From assembly GCA_947487845.1 (NCBI GenBank), contig CANKYC010000003.1, forward strand, positions 1-32,574: a DNA stretch of 32,574 nt. The letters are read 5' to 3'. Under the pieces are notes generated by a model, which was not told the DNA's origin, searched no databases, and saw only the letters and a list, made by a program, of their open reading frames with translations. Positions 1 to 6,578 of the stretch are shown one piece after another. The DNA comes from Rickettsiales bacterium (GTDB taxonomy: Bacteria; Pseudomonadota; Alphaproteobacteria; Rickettsiales; UBA1997). The stretch's first letter is position 1. The number at the start of each line of letters is the position of its first letter. Both the position numbers and the translations under genes were made by a program.

Positions 1-74
1 TGAACATCTTTTTTTTCAAGAGAGCTATTTAAGTGGCTTATATTTGGTGATTAACAACGGTTAATGTTGCTGCT

Positions 75-275
75 TTATTTTCTGTCTAATCTTCTTTCGA
101 GCTCTTTCTTCACATTGGCCATATTGTCGCGGATGTGGTCACAAAAAGACACTATGGCATAAAGCTGCTCATCTGAAAAAGTATGAGCATCTCCGGCAAA
201 ATGTCTTAAATCCGTTGCAAACTTTTCCGCCGAAGCTCGTAAAAAGTAGAATTCAATTTTATTTTCAGCCGACAT
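75..275 (-). CDS. Small hypothetical protein (66 aa, MSAENK...), C-terminal coiled-coil-like segment
   Basis: The ORF track starts at 338, but ATG 275 is preceded by a GAGGAG RBS (gaggagttttATG), and the longer version runs through the 302-344 hairpin. No recognisable domain. Confidence 0.55.
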   Translation of the reverse strand: MSAENKIEFYFLRASAEKFATDLRHFAGDAHTFSDEQLYAIVSFCDHIRDNMANVKKELERRLDRK

Positions 276-301
276 AAAACTCCTCAAAAGATTAAAAATA
301 A

Positions 302-344
302 AAAACCGTGTAGAGCCAGTAAATAGAAGGCTTTGCACGGTTTT
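302..344. terminator. 16-bp imperfect stem-loop with T-runs on both strands; probable terminator or leader structure after the RT
   Basis: aaaaccgtgtagagcc (302-317) pairs with ggctttgcacggtttt (329-344), with two G-U pairs on the + strand. Confidence 0.5.
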
Positions 345-383
345 ATTTTACCTTAAAAAAAGCGTCTAGCAAGCTAATTAGTA

Positions 384-1382
384 TTATTTTTTGGGTATTG
401 CGGCAAACTTACCAACCTCTATCTGCCTAGCTTCGCTTAGGTAACTGTTTAATTTAGCAGTTTCTTCTTTGGTCTTATTTTTTTTATTTTTTAAATCATG
501 AATCTTAAGATGGCTTCTATTTCTGAGTTTTAATTCACCTTTGGGGGTTATGACAATTCCGGTTATTTCTTTATTGTCGCTTGGCTGGTAAACTTTGAAT
601 TTCTTTTTGTTGTAGCTTAGCCCATGATTTACGATGATTTTTTTTGCTTCCTCCGCCACTTTTACGGCATTGTCACCTGATATAATAATATCATCTACCC
701 ACAGAGACATTTTGCATCTATAATTACTGGAAATCTCGTCTATCTCATCAAACATTTTTTTATTGGCATAATATGCCATAACCATGCTTACCGGAGAGCC
801 AGTAGGTAAGTGATTTTTAAATGTTAATATTTGTGCAAAAATCTTGGCTACAGGTGTCCGGCATTTTAAATCTTTTTCAAAAAAGTTGAATATTGACTCA
901 AATGTAACTGATGGGAAAAATCCCTTAAGATCAAGCTTAACTGCATACTTATCGCTATTTTCTAAGTGAAATTTTGCGTTATCTAGACAGCTTCTTCCTT
1001 TAGTTCCGGAGAATAAATATTCTTTTGTTTGGATTGATGAGAGCAAAAAAGATAAGCGTTGATGAATTTTATATAACCCTTCTTTTTTATTTCCCTTTGG
1101 AGTTTGGCATAATCTTTCTTTTACTGCGGCGATAGCAAACTTTTTGCCGTTAGGCATCTCTATCTTTTCTCGAATATTTTTATCATTTAGTTCGGCATAA
1201 TCTTTCACTCTTACCAAACGATAATCTTTGACTGCTGATTCTATGAAATTTTTGTCATTGGAGCTGCTGATTTCTTCAAGAGTTGAAACATTCACTCCAA
1301 GTATTTCAGATAACTTCTTTTTGCTCGGAAGCTTGTAAAAGCAGGACTTTTCTAACGGATATTTTTTATTACTTTTTTTCAT
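384..1382 (-). CDS. Retron-type reverse transcriptase (332 aa, standalone)
   Basis: RT motifs KLDLKGFFPSV, LPTGSPVS and WVDD (YxDD equivalent). Retron region X NAxxH (DNAKFH) and region Y VTG-like (EITG). No group II intron maturase or endonuclease domain. Confidence 0.92.
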   Translation of the reverse strand: MKKSNKKYPLEKSCFYKLPSKKKLSEILGVNVSTLEEISSSNDKNFIESAVKDYRLVRVKDYAELNDKNIREKIEMPNGKKFAIAAVKERLCQTPKGNKKEGLYKIHQRLSFLLSSIQTKEYLFSGTKGRSCLDNAKFHLENSDKYAVKLDLKGFFPSVTFESIFNFFEKDLKCRTPVAKIFAQILTFKNHLPTGSPVSMVMAYYANKKMFDEIDEISSNYRCKMSLWVDDIIISGDNAVKVAEEAKKIIVNHGLSYNKKKFKVYQPSDNKEITGIVITPKGELKLRNRSHLKIHDLKNKKNKTKEETAKLNSYLSEARQIEVGKFAAIPKK

Positions 1383-1668
1383 CTTCTTTACAAATCCAAT
1401 CTAGAAAATCGACAGCGGTTTTGGCTAAAAATAATTTAGCTTTTTTTCTTAAGCCTTTTTTATCCTTATATTCTTCTGCAAACAGCATTATAGACGATAG
1501 AGGTATGTCAAAAACATCGGAGTATTTTTGCAAAACTTCAAGAGTTGGGGTTTTGCTATTTGATTCTATTTCTGAAATGTAAGAGCGGGAAATGCCAAGA
1601 TTTTCTGCTAACTCTAGTTGAGTTTGATGATTAAAGATTCTGATGTGTTTTAGTATTGATCCTAGCAA
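1369..1668 (-). CDS. XRE/Cro-C1 helix-turn-helix protein, retron-associated
   Basis: TQLELAENLGISRSYISEIESNSKTPTLEVL is a typical XRE HTH. TTG start preceded by AAGGA. Overlaps the RT start by 14 nt. Confidence 0.88.
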   Translation of the reverse strand: MLGSILKHIRIFNHQTQLELAENLGISRSYISEIESNSKTPTLEVLQKYSDVFDIPLSSIMLFAEEYKDKKGLRKKAKLFLAKTAVDFLDWICKEDEKK

Positions 1669-1707
1669 TGTTGATGTCCTTAAAATTGTAAAAACGGAGT
1701 AGAAGTT

Positions 1708-1827
1708 TTAACTAAAGAAATCGATGACCTTATTAATCGTATCAACTACTGTAAAAACGATTTTTAAAGTAGTTGGGTTTAATAATTTCTTCCTTAGTGG
1801 CTTTTGTTTTTTTCTATTTTTTGACAT
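1708..1827 (-). CDS. Unannotated 39-aa peptide MSKNRKKQKPLRKKLLNPTTLKIVFTVVDTINKVIDFFS; candidate retron small-protein effector
   Basis: Hand-translated from ATG (1827) to TAA (1708); absent from the ORF track. Lies between the structured RNA and the HTH gene in the same orientation. Very basic N-terminus and hydrophobic/amphipathic C-terminus. Confidence 0.7.
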   Translation of the reverse strand: MSKNRKKQKPLRKKLLNPTTLKIVFTVVDTINKVIDFFS

Positions 1828-2140
1828 AATTTTAAAAATAAAATTATGACACAAAGGTGTGTCGCCCCGACTAAACGAAATGAATCAGTCGCCTCAAAAC
1901 CAACGACATTTCCTTTAGTTACTCTCTAGGACGATCAGACGGTAAAAACAAAAGCCGCTTCCACTCCATTTACCCAGATTCACATTACCACTATAATACC
2001 GATAGCGTAACCTAATATAAATTAGATCTGATTTCCTACACATTGTCTTATGCGCAGAAAGGGAGTTAAGATACTTATTCAGCATCTCGTGAGCAAATGA
2101 ATGCTCAAAAAAACATGAGAGTTATCCGCCTTTCACCTTA
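1828..2140 (-). ncRNA. Putative retron ncRNA (msr-msd) or structured leader; boundaries approximate
   Basis: No ORF in the track. Many stems: 2091-2106, 2070-2086, a long stem 1927-1939/2027-2038 enclosing three hairpins, 1868-1891 and 1848-1863. G-U wobbles favour the - strand. Upstream of a retron RT operon. Confidence 0.65.
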
Positions 2141-2144
2141 CACT

Positions 2145-2172
2145 ATTTTCACCACGATAAAATCTTTGTCAA
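2145..2172 (-). promoter_or_regulatory. Putative sigma70 promoter of the retron operon
   Basis: Perfect TTGACA (2172-2167), 16-nt spacer, then a degenerate -10 (GAAAAT). Confidence 0.45.
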
Positions 2173-2331
2173 TAAAAATGTTGCTGTAAGCGAGGCAATT
2201 ATCCCTTGACATCGTGATTTAGTTAAGGAGAATTAGAGCCGTCCTGACCGACAGTTTTTTTAATCTCAAAATCTAAGCACGAATGTCAAAAGATCCAAAA
2301 ATTCCTCCGCCAGTTAAAGATGATTACGATA

Positions 2332-2889
2332 TTAAGAGCCTATAAATATACTCTTCATAAGCATCAAAAAACTGACTAAGAAGGAAACCGAAATAATCGC
2401 CAAAGCGACATTAATAAATAGCCCTTTAGTGGCGTTTATCTCTTTTGCTTTGGCGATTCTTGTTGAATAAGTTTGCAACTGACAACAAATCAAAAAGCGT
2501 AAATCTCCCTTATTATATTTCGCTTTCAGAAGTTCTTCTGGCGATGTTCCAATTGTAGGAAATTTTTCTGTTTTGTAGGTAATCGATAGAATTGCGAGGG
2601 CAAGACAAAAGCCGCTGATTAACACAATTAAAAGCCCCTGATAAGAAGAATCCCCAAATTTTAAAATTCCAAATAAAGCAGTTAAAGAGGCGGCTAAAAA
2701 AGTTCTTACTAAAGCACTTTTATTATCGAGAGAATCATAATTTGCCGACACAATCCGCATCAACTTTTCGCCCTCTTGCAGAATGAAATTTGCCTTATCT
2801 AAATCTATTTTATCCCAATCAATTTCATCAGGATTTGCAAGTATTTGAGGCTGATTTTTTTTAGTAAAAAATTGTTTTAAAATCTTCAT
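2332..2889 (-). CDS. IS passenger: hypothetical membrane protein with about 3 TM helices
   Basis: Three hydrophobic stretches. Starts 5 nt after the transposase stop and lies inside the TIRs. Confidence 0.75.
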   Translation of the reverse strand: MKILKQFFTKKNQPQILANPDEIDWDKIDLDKANFILQEGEKLMRIVSANYDSLDNKSALVRTFLAASLTALFGILKFGDSSYQGLLIVLISGFCLALAILSITYKTEKFPTIGTSPEELLKAKYNKGDLRFLICCQLQTYSTRIAKAKEINATKGLFINVALAIISVSFLVSFLMLMKSIFIGS

Positions 2890-2894
2890 AAATC

Positions 2895-3785
2895 TTACAA
2901 AATTGTTGCTCCAACCAGCTTATCAAAAATAAACTCGTTGTTGCGGTTGTTATATCTAAACGCAAACTCATTCACATAAAGCTGTAAATGTTTCTTGCTC
3001 ACATGATGATAAATCCCATAAACACCACGCTTCAAGGTTGACCAGAAGCCTTCGATTGAATTTGTGTGAGCGTCAGCACCTTTCTTGTATTCACCTTTTG
3101 AGTGATTAACAACTTGGTGCTGAAATTGACTGTAAAGCCAGTAATAAGCCTTGTGTTCATCTGTCATTATTTGGCTGCCTTTCTTCACATTCTCGTGAAT
3201 TTTAGCCATGATCGTATCGCGCTTTGCATCATCAATTACAAAGGCTCTAACCTCCTTATCTCTTTCAAGCATTCCTAAAACAATCATCTTCTCAAAGATG
3301 CCTTTAGCAGCAACTCTTTCACTCATATGTTTGTTTTCTGCTTTGCCGCCCAAGTAGGTTTCGTCAATCTCAATAATTGTATTCATAAAATCATCGTCAT
3401 CATCTTCTTTCTTCTTTTTATTACCCATCGCAAGACGAATCTGGCGAAGCATACGCCAAGCGGTTTTGTAGGTTACTTCAATTTCTCTTTGAAGCTGCAA
3501 CGCACTAATTCCTTTTTTACCATTTAGAAAAAGGTGAATTGCGTAAAACCATTTGCGAAGGTCTGTGCAAGAGTTTTCAAAAATCGTGTCTTTGAAAATT
3601 GAGAAATCTCTATTGCATTCAGCACATCTAAAAAACTTCATCATTTTTTCGTTTGAGTAAGGATAAGTTTTTAAACTTCCGCAGTGGTTGCAGTGAGGCA
3701 TTTCCTTGCTGTATCTAGTTTTAATGTAATAATCTACTATCGCTTGTTCGGTCGGAAATTTTTTCTGAAATCTTAAAAAATTCAT
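2895..3785 (-). CDS. IS1595-family (ISXO2-like) DDE transposase
   Basis: N-terminal zinc ribbon (CNHC...CAEC), HTH (GISALQLQREIEVTYKTAW), catalytic EIDETY, MTDE and HTNSIEGFWS, C-terminal YVNEFAFRYN. Confidence 0.95.
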   Translation of the reverse strand: MNFLRFQKKFPTEQAIVDYYIKTRYSKEMPHCNHCGSLKTYPYSNEKMMKFFRCAECNRDFSIFKDTIFENSCTDLRKWFYAIHLFLNGKKGISALQLQREIEVTYKTAWRMLRQIRLAMGNKKKKEDDDDDFMNTIIEIDETYLGGKAENKHMSERVAAKGIFEKMIVLGMLERDKEVRAFVIDDAKRDTIMAKIHENVKKGSQIMTDEHKAYYWLYSQFQHQVVNHSKGEYKKGADAHTNSIEGFWSTLKRGVYGIYHHVSKKHLQLYVNEFAFRYNNRNNEFIFDKLVGATIL

Positions 3786-3819
3786 AAAATCTTTTTCGTT
3801 TGGTTTAAGAATTGTGATT

Positions 3820-3848
3820 ATTGTAAAAAGATTGTTTCACGATGTCAA
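3820..3848 (-). promoter_or_regulatory. Transposase promoter with its -35 inside the TIR
   Basis: TTGACA-17 nt-TACAAT, 35 nt upstream of the transposase ATG. Confidence 0.7.
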
Positions 3849-4182
3849 GGGATAATTGCCGTAAGCGACATTTAATTTTCTGCAAGATAGCGATAAGTTC
3901 GTAAATGAGACAAAAATTTTGCTCGTAGAAGTGCTTTGATAAGTTTAGGTGAGACATCACAAAGCCAATGTTTTAGAGGCTAAACTATTTGAGAAAGGTT
4001 AAGCATATTCGGAGAAACGGAGAGATAAATACCGAGAAATTGGCGGAAATTCTGAATTGCGGAGAAGAAGCAGTTAAGGCAAATCAAAAAATACAACCCC
4101 CCTTGATCCCGTAAATACAGGGATTGGAGGGGATATAAAAAATTACAAAAACTGAGCGGAGATAGTTTTTGAGCTGTAGTTA

Positions 4183-4274
4183 TGGCGGAGAAAGAGGGAT
4201 TCGAACCCTCGATACAGTTTTACCCGTATACTTTCTTAGCAGGAAAGTGCCTTCAGCCGCTCGGCCATTTCTCC
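4183..4274 (-). tRNA. tRNA-Ser(GCT)
   Basis: GGAGAAATGGCCGAGCGG...CT-GCT-AA anticodon loop, long variable arm, GGTTCGAATCC T-loop, encoded CCA. Confidence 0.96.
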
Positions 4275-4419
4275 GTGTGATAATTATTTAGCTGTGGAAG
4301 TGAACATAAGAGTGAAAAGCATTTCGTCAACTTTTTTTACGAGTCTATCGCAAATCAAAATTTTCTTAAGAACTTTTTGATTTGCGACAGGCTCTTTTAA
4401 GTAATACGCCAATTAATTT

Positions 4420-5532
4420 TTATCTCTCGGCGTTAATCGTAAATGTGATTTCAATCTCGTCTTTCACGCCATTGGCTTTTTTCGGGTCGCGGTCGCCGAC
4501 CAAAAATGTGCTGCGTTTGATTGTGGTTTTGCCAACTGCGCGGGCTTTGGTTTGGCTATATTCTTCTAAAATAAATTCTACCGGAGTGGCGATGGTTTTG
4601 CCTTTTATAGTTAACATACCATCAGCGCGGAAAGTTTTTTGAGCGCTTAAATTTGTGAAGCGACTGGCGGTAAAAGTAGCTTTTGGAAAGGCTTGAACTG
4701 AAAGCCAAGCTGCGTTTTTTATGGCGTCTAAGGCTTCGTTGAAGGAGGTGTCGATTGAGGTTGTGTCAATATCAATCTGGATTTTGCTTTTGGTCAATTG
4801 GTTTTTGTCAAAATTAATTTTGCCGTCAAATTTTCTGAAAGATCCGGTGATGTTGGAATTTTCTTGAATAGCACGAAATTCTAATTTGCTTTTGGAAGGA
4901 ATGATTTTCCATTCATCAACTGTTGCGGCTGCTGTGTCGTCTTTATAAGGCATATTGCTGCCAGCTACGGCGAAAGTTAATTCAGATTCGATGGCGATTT
5001 TAACTTCGTCAGAAACACCCGGTAAGCCAAAATCCATGCCGAATTGCGAACGTTTGATCGTAGTTGTGGCGCTGAATCCCGCGGTTTTTCTCTGGTTGAT
5101 CGGGTTGAGACCAATCTTGTTTACTTTCACGTTTAAAGTCACTGGTTTGGTGGTTCCAAGCAAAGTCAAATTACCTTGAACTTTGGCGCTGGTTTTGCCG
5201 AATGGCGTAACTGATGTGCTTACAAATTTCGCAGTAGGGAATTTTTCGGTATAGAAAAAATCTTTGCTTTTTAAATGTTCATCAAATTTGGAATTTCCGG
5301 TGGAGATGGAATCAGTTTTGATGATGATTTCAACCAAGCTGTTTTGCGGGCTGGCTTCGTCTAAAGTTAAAGTGCCGTCAACATCGGTGAATTTTCCTGA
5401 TGGGCTAGAAAAGCCAAAATGATTGGCCGACCAGTTGATATTGGTGTGATTGGTGTCGAATTTGTAAATTTCAGTGGCGTGGGCGGAAAAAGTGCAGAAA
5501 AAAATAGCAAGAATCGGGAGGAATTTTTTCAT
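4420..5532 (-). CDS. Secreted tandem YceI-domain (polyisoprenoid-binding) protein
   Basis: Signal peptide followed by two YceI-like repeats (DTNHTNINWSANHFGFS...DEHLKSKDFF...FPTAKF and WKIIPSKSKLEF...AFPKATF...LTIKG). Confidence 0.85.
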   Translation of the reverse strand: MKKFLPILAIFFCTFSAHATEIYKFDTNHTNINWSANHFGFSSPSGKFTDVDGTLTLDEASPQNSLVEIIIKTDSISTGNSKFDEHLKSKDFFYTEKFPTAKFVSTSVTPFGKTSAKVQGNLTLLGTTKPVTLNVKVNKIGLNPINQRKTAGFSATTTIKRSQFGMDFGLPGVSDEVKIAIESELTFAVAGSNMPYKDDTAAATVDEWKIIPSKSKLEFRAIQENSNITGSFRKFDGKINFDKNQLTKSKIQIDIDTTSIDTSFNEALDAIKNAAWLSVQAFPKATFTASRFTNLSAQKTFRADGMLTIKGKTIATPVEFILEEYSQTKARAVGKTTIKRSTFLVGDRDPKKANGVKDEIEITFTINAER

Positions 5533-5574
5533 AAAATTTAGTTGGTCGAAACTTGTTAAATAGAAATGAACTTG

Positions 5575-5619
5575 AAGACGGGTTATAAAACCCGTCTTAC
5601 TTGAGTTTTTTTACTCAAG
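5575..5619 (-). terminator. Two hairpins downstream of secB
   Basis: aagacgggtt-ataa-aacccgtctt (5575-5598) and cttgagt...actcaag (5600-5619). Confidence 0.5.
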
Positions 5620-5624
5620 ATTAA

Positions 5625-6071
5625 TTAGTTTTTTGTATCGCTAACTGGTTCCGCATTATTGGCGGCTTTTCTTCTGGCGTATAAATCAGCAAAGTCAATT
5701 GGATCTAACATTAACGGCGCAATTCCACCATCAGTTGTAACATTCGCGATGATACGGCGCAGGAATGGAAAAAGCAGATTAGGACAATAAATCAACAGCA
5801 CTTGCTCCAACATTTCGCCTTCGATTTTTTGTAAAGAGAAAAGTCCAGCGTAAGTTATTTCGCAGATGAAAAACTTTTTATCCTGCATCGTTGCTTCAGC
5901 TGTAACTTTTAGCGCAACTTCAAAAAGTTCGTCGGAAATTTTGTTGGCATCGATATTGATCGAAAGCGCGATATTAGGCTTGTCTTGCGGGTTTAGAAAA
6001 ATTTGCGGTGAGTTCGGAGATTCAAAAGAAAGGTCTTTGATATATTGTGAAACGATCCTGATGTTTGACAT
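5625..6071 (-). CDS. secB: Protein export chaperone SecB
   Basis: QYIKDLSFESP, CPNLLFPFLR and LMLDPIDF motifs. Confidence 0.96.
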   Translation of the reverse strand: MSNIRIVSQYIKDLSFESPNSPQIFLNPQDKPNIALSINIDANKISDELFEVALKVTAEATMQDKKFFICEITYAGLFSLQKIEGEMLEQVLLIYCPNLLFPFLRRIIANVTTDGGIAPLMLDPIDFADLYARRKAANNAEPVSDTKN

Positions 6072-6122
6072 AAATATTTTTTTAAAAGTTAAGATTTGGT
6101 AATGATTTTTTTAAGAGTTAAT

Positions 6123-6257
6123 GGTGATTATCCCTTAAGACACAATAGAAGTCACCCTGAGTTTGTCGAAGGGTGATTTAAGGCTTCGATCTTAGAATCA
6201 CCCTTCGACAAGCTCAGGGTGACATCGAGTTTTTTTGTGAATCAAGGTATAATTATC
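6123..6257. mobile_element. MITE-like element copy 1 (135 bp): IS1595-like ends around a REP-like palindrome
   Basis: Ends GGTGATTATCCCTT and (rc) GATAATTATACCTTGA. Internal GTCACCCTGAG..TGTCGAAGGGTGA...TCACCCTTCGACA..CTCAGGGTGAC. Confidence 0.65.
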
Positions 6258-6321
6258 AAAGAAATTTACCAAAAGAAATTTACCAAAAGAAATTTACCAA
6301 AAGAAATTTACAAAAAGAAAT
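6258..6321. repeat. 14-bp tandem repeat (AAAGAAATTTACCA) x4 plus an 8-bp partial unit
   Basis: Read directly; exactly fills the gap between the two MITE copies. Confidence 0.9.
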
Positions 6322-6484
6322 GGTGATTATCCCTTAAGACACAATAGGCGTCACCCTGAGCTTGTCGAAGGGTGATTTAAGGCTTCGATCTTACAATCAC
6401 CCTTTTAAGGCTTCGATCTTAGAATCACCCTTCGACAAACTCAGGGTGACATCGAGTTTTTTTGTGAATCAAGGTATAATTACC
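6322..6484. mobile_element. MITE-like element copy 2 (163 bp, with an internal 28-bp duplication)
   Basis: Near-identical direct repeat of 6123-6257. Right end (rc) GGTAATTATACCTTGA. Confidence 0.65.
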
Positions 6485-6578
6485 ATATTTAAAATGTGTT
6501 TCGGAATATTTATAATATCATCCTTTAATTACAGATTTCAAGCCTTTCAACTTAAGGATTGCGCAGCGTAAGATGATT

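Larger units (their letters stand above)
2194..3860 (-). mobile_element. Intact IS1595-family insertion sequence (1667 bp) with a passenger gene
   Basis: Perfect 24-bp TIRs GGCAATTATCCCTTGACATCGTGA (2194-2217 and 3837-3860). 8-bp target duplication GTAAGCGA (2186-2193 and 3861-3868). Confidence 0.95.

Noticed and set aside
384-1382. RT as group II intron, DGR or CRISPR-associated RT
   Set aside because: No maturase or endonuclease domain, no TR/VR repeat pair or avd gene, no cas genes. NAxxH and ITG motifs point to a retron.
1283-1582. 99-aa + strand ORF, and similar short ORFs nested in long genes (e.g. 3327, 4382, 4955, 8567, 13884, 18156, 22333, 26767, 28606)
   Set aside because: Shadow ORFs overlapping well-supported genes, with no motifs.
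4420-5532. Tandem YceI fusion as a novel system
   Set aside because: Two-domain YceI proteins are an unremarkable variant and there is no unusual context.
6123-6484. CRISPR array
   Set aside because: The repeats are long palindromes or spacer-less 14-mers, with no unique spacers and no cas genes.
6362-6571. 69-aa ORF
   Set aside because: Reads through the MITE palindrome; no RBS or domain.
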